From Octopus sinensis (taxonomy: Eukaryota), in NCBI RefSeq assembly GCF_006345805.1, contig NC_043006.1:10292001-10356000 (forward strand): a stretch of DNA of 64,000 nt. The letters run 5' to 3'. The position numbers and the translations under genes are program-made. Below the pieces are notes generated by a model, which was not told where the DNA came from, searched no databases, and saw only the letters and a program-made list of their open reading frames with translations. Shown one piece after another: positions 27,940 through 41,549 of this stretch (positions within the stretch are counted from its first letter, which is position 1; each line of letters begins with the position of its first letter).

Positions 27940-28719
27940 ATTTTTATGTTTCGTTTTATGTATGTCTTTTCATGCACATACATAGATGTATACTTAACAG
28001 ATAAACGTCTGAAAAGTTTTACAGATCTTTACAATTCCATTGAAGACTTGGATCTGTAGTCTTCGAATCAGCTTTTTCATTTCTGGTTTTCAGACGCCTA
28101 ATTTGTCAAAACTGGTATTTAGACAGTGTGTTATGCATATCAGCATCCCAAGAATTACAGTCTCTCTTCTCCATCCCAAATAATTATATCAGGTCTATTG
28201 TGTTTACATTTTACTGTTTTACGTATGTTTGTATGTATGCCTGCATGCATGCTTGTAAGTACAGTATTTAACATATCGCAGCACACACCTAAATCTATAT
28301 ATCACATGTACATATTGGTCGAGAAATCTTTTGGGGTGAAAGAACTACATTTGTGTGCTGCATGCTTGTCTATGAGTGTATTTTTCATTGTCTCTTTGTG
28401 TTGCACGATTGAACGATTCCCAGTGATGGTTTATTCACATACACATTGTCTAGCATTACGGCAAGAAAATACCAAATTGTGAAAAAAACTGAAAATCGGA
28501 TCGGTTTATTCGAATACCCCTCCAAGCCAGTACTCCAGCAGGTCTGCAGTCGAATGACTGAAGCAAGTAAATACAAAAATACATACAAATATATATGTGT
28601 ACGTGAGTAAGTGTGTTCTTGTGTATATATATGGGTGTATGTATGTACTTGTATGTATATTTATGTATATGTATATGTATGTATGTATATATATATTGTA
28701 TACATATCTATATATCTAT

Positions 28720-28765
<46 letters not shown>

Positions 28766-28789
28766 ATATTACTACTAAAATTGCTATTA

Positions 28790-29540
28790 CTTCGGTATCA
28801 CCCCACCCATACATTTTCTCTACCTTTTCTTTTCCCCATCACTTAATACAGCTCTGTCATATCACCCCTACTCACATATCACACCTTCTCTTACATTCTC
28901 ATCGTTTCCTATCCCTCCTCACACCTTTCCTGTTCTCCCATCACATTACCTTGACCACCAACCAACACCCCCTTTCTCAATTCTTTCACTCTTTCTTCAC
29001 ATTTTTCACACTGTTTTTTCTTTCCCTTTTTCTTTTTTCTTTTTCTAACGCTATTCCTCTCATTTACTCTTTAAAGCTTGACCTATCTCCTCTTTCTAAT
29101 CATACATATCTCTCCTCTCTCCAACTACCCCAAAATACTAACAATACATTCTCAAATTCTCATTCACACCGAAAAACCCTTTCAAACTAGCAACGCTGAT
29201 TCAACGGCTTCATACTTTGAAATGACTAAATATGAACTCCTTACATACCATGTATAGGAAACATTTTTACCAATTCTATACACTATTTTCCTCGAATAAA
29301 GGAACTGCAGCTAAAATATCTTTATATGTCTTATTTCTACTTTCATTCTCTTATTTACCTCTATATTCCTTATCTCCTCCTTTTCCACAATAATTTGAAA
29401 TCAAATATTTTCTCACGCGGGCTCTGATGAAGGGATATCCATATCCCAAAAACAGCTGTAAGACTATTTCAGTATAAACGTCCTGAAAATTCCTCACAGT
29501 CTTGTATTTGTTATCTCATTCTGCATAATATATATACATA
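28790..29540 (+). repeat. Pyrimidine-rich dispersed repeat carrying a hammerhead relic (homolog at 50940-51700)
   Basis: Shared blocks TTCACACC, TTTCCT..GA.TAA.GAACTGCA.CTA.AA, TTATTTCTAC.TTCATTCTC.TATTT.CCTC.ATATTC and the HHR core, followed by TATAAA.GTC.TG.AAATTCC.CA. Confidence 0.75.
29420..29465 (+). ncRNA. Degenerate minimal type I hammerhead ribozyme
   Basis: CTGATGA (29424-30), A, stem II GGGATAT-CC-ATATCCC, AAAAA in place of GAAA, CAGCTG, TA, AGAC. The core G12 is missing. Confidence 0.6.
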
Positions 29541-29544
29541 TTCT

Positions 29545-29760
29545 TTTATACTTTTACTTGTTTCAATCATTTGTCTGTGGCAATGCTGGAGCACCTCCTT
29601 TAGTCGAGCAAATCGACTTTTTTTGTAACCCTAGTACTTATTCCATGGCTCTCTTTTGCCGAGCCACTAATTTATGGGGATTTAAACATACTAGCATCGG
29701 TTGTCAAGCGATGTTGGGTGACAAACACAGACAGACAAGCATACACACACACACAGATAT
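29545..29760 (-). mobile_element. CORE-type SINE 3' half
   Basis: Matches the family's tail and body on the minus strand. Confidence 0.8.
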
Positions 29761-30245
29761 ATATATATAATGGCCCCAGTCAACACACTTAGGACAACCT
29801 GAGCGGTTTGAATTTAGAACGTTAAGCTTCGAAACAGATCGTACAAACGCTTTCTCCGCCGTTTTTAATAAGGAGGTGCTCCAGCATTGCCACAGTCAAA
29901 TGATTGAAACAAGTAAAAGTATAAAAGAATATGTATATATATTATGCAGAATAAGATAACAAATACAAGACTGTGAGGAATTTTCAGGACGTTTATAATG
30001 AAATAATAATTTTGACAACCCGTTGCCTACGCCTCTATTATTAAAATAAAGGTTATTGCAGAATACTTAATATTTAGAAACTTCTATGTTCCATTTTCCA
30101 TTATCACTTTTACATCTGCAACGAAAATTGTTCTAACAACGGTGTGTGAAGCATTTATTTCTACATAATGAACACACACACACACACACACACACACAAA
30201 GACACACAAATATGTGTATAGAAGTATAAGATTTTGTGTTTGTGC

Positions 30246-30296
<51 letters not shown>

Positions 30297-32340
30297 CTCA
30301 CATAAGTGTATGCCTTCATAAATATGTGCCTGTGTACATACCTGATTATGTATACACAGACGTGTACGCGAAAGAGGGAAGTAGAAGACGAAGTTTGGTA
30401 TTACGTGATCGAAAGTTGTTATAAGACGATCGAGAAATAGAAAATGATATTTACTAGGAAACTAGATAAAAGATTAAGAGAACACCATCAGTCGGTAGTT
30501 CAATTAATTCAGAGAATGTCATGTAATAGATTGTGGCCGTGAGGTTGGATTTTCTGCAGTTAAATGCAAGGTACGCGTAAACATCACAATGCTAATATAC
30601 CACTTAGTAATGTTAGAAGATATTGAGGTGAAAATGTCATTATATGCCATTACAATTTTATGACGAAACACCTGAAACACACAGAATAAACTCAGCCATA
30701 ACACAAACATCCTTAACTGGAATCGTTTTATAGAACCTTCATATTCATAGTCAGCGTGTTAAAAGTTATTTATTTAGACTTCGTCTTAATCTATTCTTCG
30801 AACTTTTCTGTTTCTGAAGTTCAAAAATGTGCTTTTATCAATAATATGATATCTGACAATTAGCTTATGGCGATTGTACTTCGGTAATCGAAAATTCTCA
30901 GATGGGAAGATATATCTATTAGCATTCCTAGATAGATCAATTGAAGCAAATGCTTCCCAGTGAAATTTTCTCATTGCTGTACAGAATCATTTTACTTTTA
31001 TTTACCAAGCAAAATTATATCCCCTCCACTAAATTACTTAAGTTTTCACAAAACTCGCTTTTACAATCCATAAAGCTATTTTTCTACGTAATTTCTCGTA
31101 GTGATGTGTAGCGATTTCTCTATATTTATTTCTATGGTTCTTAAAGTTCCCCTTTTTCTGTATTTTTTCATTCGAACTTTGTTCCTTTCCATATCAACTC
31201 CATTTATTTCGATCTCTGTTTTTTTCCCCTTCATATTTTTCATTCTCTATTATTTCTATAACATCAATAATTCTCTCTTTACTAACGCACGAATTTTTGT
31301 ATAAATAATTCTAACCTCTCTAGTTTCTTTACATATACTTTCTTTGATATTTACTGTTCTTCCATTCACACACAGTATATGACTATACAAATGTGTTAGT
31401 GGCTTTATATATATATGCTTCTATCTGTGTACGTGTGTCTGTATGCATCTGTGTGGATGTGCGCCTGTCTTATTATCACCACGCGTGTTTGGTCCATCCG
31501 TTTTATCTATGTTTGCCTTCTGTCAAGTCCTTGTTTAGAATTATCAAGAACGTTTCTTAAAGCCATGCGTTTCAGTACATGAGGTGTAGCCCATAGGCAG
31601 CAGTTTGTGAAATCAAATAAAAGACGATAACTTTACATTGAAATTTCCAAATAATCGATAAAAGTGGATGTCATCAAGCAGGATATATTAAAGAGGCAAT
31701 GCGTGTGAAAATCCACGCAGGGTTATAAATGATTACTGTGTGTAATAATAGATTCCGATGGAATGTCCCACAGGTTCATTGAAGTGAGGAGAAAGAAACT
31801 TGTTCAATATTGGATAGGTTAACGAACACGAAAGCCAAGTTGAACTGAAAATGGAAACAAAAGAATGGATGAAAAGGAAGGAGAAAAAGAAGAATAACAA
31901 CAAGAATAACAGCAACAGCAACAAGCACAACAACATGAACACCAAGGACAGAAAGTAGCAGTGGGCGAGCTCGTACTCGTGGACGCATAATTTCATGCAT
32001 ATATACATGCGTATGTGTGTATATATGAGAATGTATGTATATGAAGAATAAAATGCAGAATTTATTTTTCTATAGTAATTAATCAAGTTATGGCAAATTG
32101 TAAAAAACGCATAACGGTTTCAATTCAAACAATGGGTAATCACTTTAATGGTCATGTCTAAGAGATGCTTCTGAAATATTTTAACTTCCCAGTCATTCCG
32201 CATGTGCATAACAGTAGATGCCTTCAGGTAAAGTAAGACTCATATTTAAGGAGGCATTTGGTGATGATTTCATAAATTACAACAGAAAAAAATGTACACA
32301 TGCACACACACACACATATGTGCATGTATGTATGTACAGC

Positions 32341-32653
32341 GTAAAGAGTAAGGGCACTCTTGGATCATGAATGACCATGGGATTGCACCCAAAAAGTCCG
32401 CCTCCGAGGCACAGTTCCGGGAAAGGTTTTTTATGGAAGACCAGCAGGAGCACATGTATACCAGCCTCCCATCACCACGCCACCGGTGTTATCCAAGGGA
32501 AAGGCAATGACCGATAGAGCTTGGCACAAGTGACGTCACAACTCATTTCCACAGCTGAGTGAACTGGAGCAACGTGAAATAAAGCGTCTTGTTCAAGAAC
32601 ACAACCCACATCCCGAACCGGGAATCGCCCTCATGATTGTGAGCCATGCGCCT
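32341..32653 (-). mobile_element. Second tRNA-derived SINE family with partly deleted head
   Basis: Minus reads AGGCGCATGGCTC...CGATTCCCGGTTCGGG...TCTTGAACAAGACGCTTTATTTCACGTTGCTCCAGTTCACTCAGCTG (CORE/V-like central block), with a TTACTCTTTAC tail. Confidence 0.7.
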
Positions 32654-32712
32654 CTATATGTATATATACTTATGTATAAGTATATATAATAAAGTGCATA
32701 TATATCTATACA

Positions 32713-33116
32713 GACGTAGGTGTGGCTGTGCGTTAAGAAGTTTGCTGCTCGACCACATGGTTGCGGGTTCAATGCCAGTGCGTGGTACACTGATAAGTCT
32801 CTTTTACTATAGCCTCGAACCCATAAAGGCCTTGTGAGTAGATTCGGTGGACAGGAATTGAAAGAATTCCGCCGTATAAATGTGTGTGGTGCATAAATGT
32901 GTGTATGTGTATAGTTGTGTGTGTTTGTACGTGTGTTCGTCTCACACCACAAACTTGGCAATAGTCGTTGGTGTGTATACGTGGAAGTAAGTTCGTCAAA
33001 AGAGACAGATAGAATAAGTATTATGCCTTAAGAAATAATTAATTCACCTAAAACTTTTCAAGGCGGTGCCCCAGCATAGCCTCAGTCAAATTACTGAAAC
33101 AAATAAATAATAAAAG
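32713..33116 (+). mobile_element. Diverged CORE-type SINE
   Basis: Collinear with 15349-15758 from head to tail. Confidence 0.8.
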
Positions 33117-33429
33117 AGATATATTCTCTTGTTCTTGTATTTGTTTCGATCATAATGGTGCACCAACGTATTTGAAGTACATTAAAGAATATTCATTTAC
33201 ATTTGCTGACATCCAAACACCCATGCTGTGATAATATTCACGTGCATATTTACATTTAAAATGTAGAGATGGAAAATGCAATGTAGTCTATATTTATACA
33301 TTGTATATTAAACTGACATTAACTGTAAACTTAACTATTATGTTGGGAAAAGAGTCCTGCTGCATTCCAAGAGGGGAAACAAAAGCGTATTTGACTTTTA
33401 TTGATATTATGAATTAAGATATTCCTCGT

Positions 33430-34280
33430 TGCTATTGACATATTTGACAAACGTTCGATCCTTCTGGAGTAAAATTCTTCGGGTTTCGAGGCAAAGAACC
33501 ACTCAATACCAATTTAATATCACAATTAATTATCGTTTCTCTCTCTCCATAAATAATGTCGAAATGATTGGAAAAAATGACAGATGAAGCAAAATGAGAA
33601 GATTAAAGAGGATGAGACAAAACATCCATATTTATTGCCAAATTTTTTTCTTGGGTGATTTAGTCAACATGTGATCCTGTTTTATTATGTAGGGGCAGCA
33701 CCGCTTTACAACTGACCCATGATGGTAACTTTTCTGCAAATTTTAGTGCAGTTCTCCTAATTGACAACAAATACGTCTTCGCATTAATGATTTTGATTTG
33801 GCTTCACGCGTCAATATTAGACAAAATGCTTCAAACCCCACTCAACATGAAGCATGACTGTTGCCGAGTGTAGTCAGGTTTTTTTTAGATGGATTCCTTT
33901 TTCTTACAGGTGCCAACCGTTGTCTGTTGATATGACAAGCGAGAACCCATTTTTCATCACTTGTGTGGATTCGACTCGGGAACCGTTCGGTTAAAAGTCT
34001 ATTCTTTAATGAGGAGCAGAAGATAATTAATTTTTAAGCTCTTGCAATCTTAGTTCTCTAGTTTTTGTTTCGGATACTATAGTGCACAAACTATTCTCCG
34101 GCAGTTTTCATTCCCTTTCTGAGATGGAAATAGATCACTTCTACATACCATTCTCAATCACATAATGGAATAGCTCGTTGAAATATGGATAGCTAACGCT
34201 AGTTTTGCACAGCATTCACTATTTGACACTTATCCTTGAAACAGCTCCAAGAGACTTTCTGCATACCTCTTCCGTCTTCC
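33430..34280 (-). pseudogene. Old mariner transposase relic
   Basis: Minus reads RIHTSDEKWVL...VML.VEWG...KPNQIINAKTY...KAVLPLHN, and further on WFFASKPEEFYSRRIERL; these match mariner catalytic-domain motifs. Confidence 0.7.
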
Positions 34281-34659
34281 TTATTACCTGTACTCGTGTA
34301 ACATCATTTTTTAAGACATAAATGCCATAATTTAACCTGATACAAGTCGTTTTACTTGCTTTATACTTTCATCCTTTATACCTATACATGATCAATGGAT
34401 ATTGTCATATTCCCAATCGACAAAATGCACATATGTAGCTATGGCATCGTTGTTTTTAATTATAGGTGAAATTGGAGTTTTAGGCTTCAAGTCAAACTTG
34501 AGCAATAATTGTTGATATCTATCACATAGTTTCATCAGAAGTTATATTACTTGAATTTTATATATGTATGTATGTTGTGTATAAAAATGTATATGGCCAG
34601 TTGCGTACATTTTAATTATTGGTTTCAAATGCCAACACAAGTCCTGCAAATTCTGGAAG

Positions 34660-35043
34660 ACGGTGACTCGATTACATCAACCCAGTGTTCAAATGAAAAT
34701 GTTATCGACCCCGAAAGCATGAGAGGCAAAGTCGGTTTCGACAGTATTTTAACTCAATAAATGAAGGCGGTAAAAATGCAAGTAATCGATTTGCCCAGTA
34801 TGACAAAGATTCTGCCAGCTCGCCACCTATAATTAAGCATTAAATATCGATTAAAAATGTTGGCACAATGCCAATAATTCCACCTAAATCGATTACATAG
34901 AACTCAGGACTTAATTGGTTCTTATTTTATCGACCCCGAAAGGATGAAGCATGAAGTTGACTTCGGTGGTTCTTGAAGTCAGAACGAAATTGCCGCTAAG
35001 CATATTGCTTGGCGCACTAATGATTCTGCCAGCTCACCGCCTT
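34660..35043 (-). mobile_element. Nin/Deu-type SINE fragments (tandem)
   Basis: ATCGACCCCGAAAG.ATGA twice, and the head end CTGCCAGCTCACCGCCTT. Confidence 0.75.
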
Positions 35044-36929
35044 AATCAAATATTAAACGTCCTTTACTGCATTGGCATACTAAAACACCGTTAGTGCAGT
35101 GCGGTGTGATTTACCCCTGCTATTTTATTTTACTGGTTATTAGTTTTGCAAATATTTATTAACAGTTCTTCTACAATTTGTTTCTCAAAATGCATGTTAA
35201 ACTTACAGGAAGAAAATTTCACGCATTGGACAATTGAAAGAGAAATGAAAAGCTACAAAGGCAGGCAAGCAAAAACAGAGCAAACATTTTATTTGGTAAA
35301 ACATTTGCTGTTTAATATCTACTCCTTGCCACTACTTACATTCTCGCCCCCGTCACCTTCGCCATAGCAATGTGCACAAACCGTGAACGAATGATCCTAG
35401 CAGATAGTTTTTCAACACTTCTGACAGCACGTCTCTGTATTTTAACCCTTGTTGAGAACTTTCACGTCAGCCTTTTTGAACTAATTCCTCCATTGTTATC
35501 TTAATAAGGTATTATTAAAGCAAGAACATCACAAATATATAGTATGTTGTGTATACCACAACTGAAGCTTAGAGCACATATAATATAAGCTAATGAAGAT
35601 AATATATGCTTTGGAAACATTACCTTTATGAAATACGCGGAGGGGTTCGTTACACTCCAAGATGCAATTACTTTACGTATACATCCTCCCTTTGCCAGCA
35701 ACAGACAGAGCAACCTGTTGCATACAATCAGCGGACATTGGTATGAATTTGCATAGGAGGATACGTGTTTCACTGCTGCCAGATGGAAGAAATATCACTC
35801 GCAGTAAGCCAGATGCCGCTGCGACGACGCAGGGTTACATATTGAAATACTGATACACATTTTCTCAGATTGCTTGAATTCTACACTTTTGATACACTCG
35901 TATTACTGGGACTAATGACCTTATCTGTAATCTGCATAATTCATGGCTGTTCTTTAATTCTCAGTGCGTGACTTGTTCTGAGATGTGGCAGTCACTTAAC
36001 CATCTTTCTAAGTATCTTGATGTGAACTGTCTGCATATTCTTTACTTCTTAATGAGTTGCACAACTACCGTTGCTTTAGAATCCAGTCTGGCACCGTTTA
36101 TATAACATATCTGATACTGTGTATATAGCCGTGTCTGGTACTGTGTATATATCTCAGTCTGGTACCATGTATATATCCATGATTAAGTCAGGCCATGGTT
36201 ATATATATCCATGATTAAGTCAGTGTATTATGATCGAAAAGTATAGTGGACATAATTACCGTAAATATGCAGCTAAACATAATTCTATTACCATGAAACC
36301 AACATTTTGTGACTAAAAATTCATTTGTATGTAATTCATATTTATTTCACATTAATTTAGAAAATTAATATATATCTAGTTATTGGAAGACATGTGAATC
36401 TGGAACGGAATTAAATTACGAACTGAAATGTCTTCAGGAATTTTGATCATGCATTTGTGAACATGTGTACCAGTATTTTAATATTTAATAAATTAGTTTG
36501 CAAGCAAGGCTAAATATATTTTAGCGCAAAGATCGTAAAATAGTTTAATAATGTCAGCTACTGCGAAGTCTGTTGCAAACTGTGTGGCCGCGAGCTAGTA
36601 AATGATAAATGGGATGACGTAGAGAAGTGACGTGAGGGTGTTATGGGCAGTGAGAGAATTTGCCAGTAAGAACAGAGAATATGGATGAAGGAAGGAGGAA
36701 TGTATAAGAATGAAAATGCAAAGTAAGGTAGAACAAAAATTTAACCATTGCGAAGTGGTCGATCAACTCTAGTGGGAAAAAGAGCTGAAATTAAGGTAAG
36801 GAAACGAGGAAAGAGACGCAAAGAGTAGCCATAAACGAAGGTGTCTAAAGAAAAAACCTTATAAATAAAAGAGTTTAGGAATATAGAGGGTGTTCGAGCT
36901 AAATTTGACAGTTTGCATAAAAGGAAAAA

Positions 36930-37300
36930 AATCACAATACCCTAACCAGAAAGAAAAGTATTTTGAATCGTATCCAGCTGTCACAGAAATGGAGGGCCAC
37001 TCTGTGGAAGAAGCCCTTTCCAGACAAGCATTGACCAGTGTCCAGCAGCTTCAGATAGCCATCTGAATTGAATCTAAGTCCCTGCTCAAAGATGTGGGGA
37101 AGGATTCGAGCGTGCAGACACAATCAGATCGCTTGCTGTGTCACTTCCCGATGGCCAAGGCTTCGGAGTATCTGTTGCATCTTTCCATGCCGCATCTTAC
37201 AGCCTTTAGAATGTTCACAGATCATTGAGCCGCAGACATTCTATCGGCCTTTTCAATTGTTATGACATTTAAATCTTTTCCAATATTCAGATCGAATATT
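36930..37300 (-). pseudogene. Tc1/mariner-superfamily (DD37D/maT-like) transposase fragment
   Basis: Minus reads ILPHIFEQGLRFNSDGYLKLLDT...CLER, resembling the PPHIFEQGLRLNSDGY block of DD37D transposases. Confidence 0.6.
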
Positions 37301-38699
37301 GTTATATTTCTCCACATCAGCTAACTTTTTCTCAAGCACAACTTTAATCCTTATGCTCTCACCGTTGACTGCTCACCACTACGTTAAAGCTCTTCCTGAA
37401 AGATAAAAAAAGAGGCACAAAAATGGAGAAATTTAGCCCGAAAACCTTCTACGATATACGTATACAGGTAGCGTCATTAAATGAAGTAAACAATTGTACA
37501 GATACCTACGCCAACTAAACATACTTAACTTTAGAAACATATCTACCTAAAATATATTTAGGATACTCTCGAGATAGAGAAAAGAGATGATAACAACCAA
37601 GACTTAATACCTTCATGATACTCCACGATAACTCCACTTCTTTCTCTACCAGGCAACAAGCAATGTCGAATAGAGTGTTTTTGGGGTGTACCTTCTTACT
37701 TGTGTAACATAGTAAGATGATAATTTTCTCTGAACTTATGTTATCCAAGTAGCAGGGACAATGTGTATTGGAACTGATCTAACCAATAAAGGTTGGTCGA
37801 TTGCATTGATGTTATCTCCCTTGCGCTCCGTTTTTATATTTTATACAAATCTAGAAAGAAATTTCTACGTAATAAATGTCTCGGTACTCTTTTTATCACA
37901 TGTGAGAAACCCCTACAGCAGAATGCTGAACTCAGTAGAGAGGTTACTTCTCTCAACTACACAGCTGTTATTTCTAATCCACGTCACCGAAATCCGTCTG
38001 TTTCTGTACATATTGATGATTGATAACTGTGCCAATTTAACAGAATATGCTGCGCTGATAAATCAATATCCATTGATTTCGCCGATTGATTTTCAATAGA
38101 AGATCCCCTTTCGTTTGTAGCGTCCATAATATCCCATTAACTATTCTTATTAGAGTCATCTCTCTTTTTCACATGTTTTATTGGATCTATTTCATTTTAT
38201 TTTCTTATTCTCTTAGATGACTTTAGATGGAGTGTTTGACCGCAAAAACACTTTGTTAATAATAATAATCGATCTAAGTTTAAAAGTTATTATATTTAAC
38301 ATCTGAGAACCACTGGTATTTCTGTTTAATATATAGAACCCTCCTCGCCTTGTTTTCTCTCGGTTGTATTGTTTATGATAAACAATAATTCCCGAGCCTC
38401 CCACCTCTTTCTTCGAACAAACTTCCCTGTGACACTCCCTAACCACATGGAAACTAAATTCTCTAAGGAGAATAAAATTGCATATAAAAGTTTTGTCACT
38501 TTTTGTGACAGGATTCAGAGGAAGAATTATAATGCTTTATGTACCTTGTTCAGCACTAACCACAGAAATGTAGTACTGGGATTTTATGCAACGAAGTCAT
38601 TAACTTTTAATTTGCTGGAGAAGACAACAAGTAATCTAAGTCCAACAGGAATACCAAGATGGGCCTAGATTCAGTTAAATTTATACTTAATGAAGCATA

Positions 38700-39560
38700 A
38701 AAGGAGACACTGGACGTCACTGGACGAAGTCATAAAGTTCAAAGCTGAAGCATTCACCAATTTCTATAAGAAAGCTAAAAGCCAAACGAAACCTCTGAGC
38801 TATTTGAACTCGAAACTATAACAGGGTAGTTTTGTAGTGATCCACACTGATGTCAGGTTTCAGCGCTTTAGTTAATAAATTGTTCAAGCAGAGCTGTATG
38901 GTTTTAAGCTTAATGACAATCTTTTCTTTAACCTAAATATAACTGTTAGCCAAATGACCAATTTGACAGAATTACGAATCAACAAGCCTCAACACCCAGT
39001 TTACATCATACTATGCCTTCTTGGCTCTAGAAGAACTGTGTGATGCCCAAGGCTTACATCATTTGATTATATTGCAAGCCATTGCAAGTAAAATCGGTCA
39101 ATTTTTCAATGAAATTAAAACTAAATACATGATCATCAGTCAGGATGAAACCACCCGACTGTTTGTTACAAACATAGCTGAAATTTCAGTGTGGCGAATC
39201 AGTGAATACCCGTACCATTGGTCCTTTCTCCCGGTCTGTCAGAACGACTTCTTTATATAGTTTACATCGACAGGAGCGTCATGGAATCTGGTAAACATTT
39301 TGCAATTATAATAATGTATTTTTCAGACTAAGTGTAGAAAATATTCTTTATATTGGGTCGCAATCAGGACAAGAAGGAACTCCACAATCTTGAGTGTGAT
39401 ACATACACCATGATTTACATAGTGACTCAAAATATTTCTTGAATTATTCACATGACCAGACACTGCTGTTAATGAACAACACAAGGTAAATTGTCCTGGA
39501 TACATCTACCGTACTAAAGAACATATTACGTTTTGGAAAATTCATTAAGTTAGGACGGCA
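38700..39560 (+). pseudogene. Ancient RTE-like LINE RT relic
   Basis: ETSELFEL..., ALEELCDAQGLHHLIILQAIASKIGQFFNEIKTKYM (cf. IGLxxNxxKTKYM) and FRLSVENILYIGS (cf. FRAxVESILLYGSE). Confidence 0.5.
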
Positions 39561-39858
39561 AAGAATTTTCAAATGTATTTACGCCAAATAAAAAAGAATA
39601 CATAAATACTAAATATATAAAGCAGTACATCTGAATTGTTAATTATTTTACTTGGTACACATTATACTTGACGTGGACTAGTGACGCTCATCCTGTGACA
39701 AGTTGGTTATATGACAAGAATTCAAAATCATTGAAATATTTAAATTTTATATCACTTTATCCATATTCGTGTAACAAAACGGTACTGATCTTTCGATCTA
39801 AATGGAGATAATTATTCATATCTACCGAGTTATTGTCCGATGAGGCAACTACTCTTGG

Positions 39859-39905
39859 CTTTGACTGAAGGGTCACGTTAATGTCGAAACGCCGACGTTT
39901 CAAAG
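39859..39905 (+). ncRNA. Degenerate minimal type I hammerhead motif
   Basis: Stem I CTTTGA/TCAAAG (6 bp), CTGAAGG (A9 to G), stem II GTCA..TGTC with one mismatch, GAAA, C-GCCGAC-G, TT. Confidence 0.45.
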
Positions 39906-40182
39906 TGCCCTTAGTCTAATGAATAAAATATTCTATGAATACGCCTTCGTCTCTAAGGTGTTGTTCTCCAATGACGAATTACAACAACGTTTAGTACATT
40001 CACGTTCTGATTGTCACTGATACAAATACTAAAAATTTAAGAATATACCAACATCTACGCTGCAACATTTTGAGCTACTTACATAAGTTTTATACAAAGA
40101 AATAATAGGTTTTCAGGGACAGATAAATAATGTTCATCTAACTGACTTGTCATCTATATCTATTTGCTTAGCGATCTATATT

Positions 40183-40228
<46 letters not shown>

Positions 40229-40270
40229 AATCTCCGTATCTTGCTCTCTCCCTTCGCCTCTCTCACTTTC

Positions 40271-40310
<40 letters not shown>

Positions 40311-40314
40311 CCTG

Positions 40315-40352
<38 letters not shown>

Positions 40353-40405
40353 ATATATTTATGTATGTATATATGTCTAAAATGTCTATACCTTCAAACT
40401 CTGTT

Positions 40406-40443
<38 letters not shown>

Positions 40444-41549
40444 ATAGACAGAGTTTGAAGATATATACATTTTAGACATATATATACATAAATATATACA
40501 TACTTACATACATATATATTTATGTATACATACACATATAATATATATATAATATAAAATATATATTTATATATGTGTGTGTATGTGTGTGTGAGCGTGT
40601 ACGTGTGTGTGTATGCTTGTCCTCCGTAGACAGTCGTATGTGTCTGTGTGTGTGCGTGCGCGGAGTATGAAAGGTACGTAAGTGCTGATCATCAGTATGG
40701 TTTTCTTTGATTCTTAAAAGTATTGTATTTAATGAGAGTTAATGATTTAAATAAAGAGAACGTTTCAAATAGAACAAATAATCTTCAAACTAACAGTTAG
40801 TTGAAAATTCTATCAGTTTGTTTTGTGAAAGAAGTGTTATTTTGGGTGTTTCAACGAGATTACTGGATGTTAATTGATTAAATTATTCGAAATTCATGTA
40901 GACATAGAAACAAGTTGTTCCAATTAAGCACCGCACACATATACGTCCAAATACACACATATATAGCCACGCACACTCGCACGCTCCCATACAGACACAT
41001 ATCTATATGTGTATATGTATGTATGTATACATAAATATATCTATGTATACATGAATATAAACTCATTTTTGTACTACTTTGAATTTTGAATAACTACATT
41101 TATGTATGCGTATGTGTTTTTAGGCATATTTATATCCATATATTAAATATCTTTTATGAGCTAATATATATATGTGTGTGAGGTGTATGTGTGTATATTT
41201 CTATGTAAAGAAAGGGCGTGTGGACGAGAGTGCGCGAGAGAGATTTCGAACTGTAACCTCCTCTTTCAGTGAAATGTTCCGATTTACCCCGTTCTTTAAA
41301 ATAGTCATTTACTTAATTTATTACACAGACACAATACATACAAGTAGTAACTCACTCACATATGCACACACGCACACACACACACACACACGCATAAATA
41401 TATGTAAATGCGTATATACAATTATATATACTGTACTCATTATACGTTAAACAAAATATAGAATATATATATATATATATATATGTATAGAAATTAAATA
41501 TAAATTACAAAATGGGTCATGAACGCAAAAACACACAAAGAGACGGCAC

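Noticed and set aside
28015-28097. 83-bp segment with 10-bp inverted ends (CGTCTGAAAA/TTTTCAGACG) and internal GAAGACT/AGTCTTC hairpin
   Set aside because: Could be a tiny MITE or a decayed HHR, but it is single-copy here and fits neither model fully.
29785-29850. GTTTG...GAAACAGATCGTA-CAAAC hammerhead-like segment inside the inverted duplication
   Set aside because: Stem I and GAAAC..GTA are present, but the core reads AATTTAGA instead of CTGANGA; too degenerate to support.
35330-36700. CpG-richer segment with octamer (ATTTGCAT) and TGACGT motifs as a promoter
   Set aside because: Short motifs are expected by chance, and there is no linked gene or transcript evidence.
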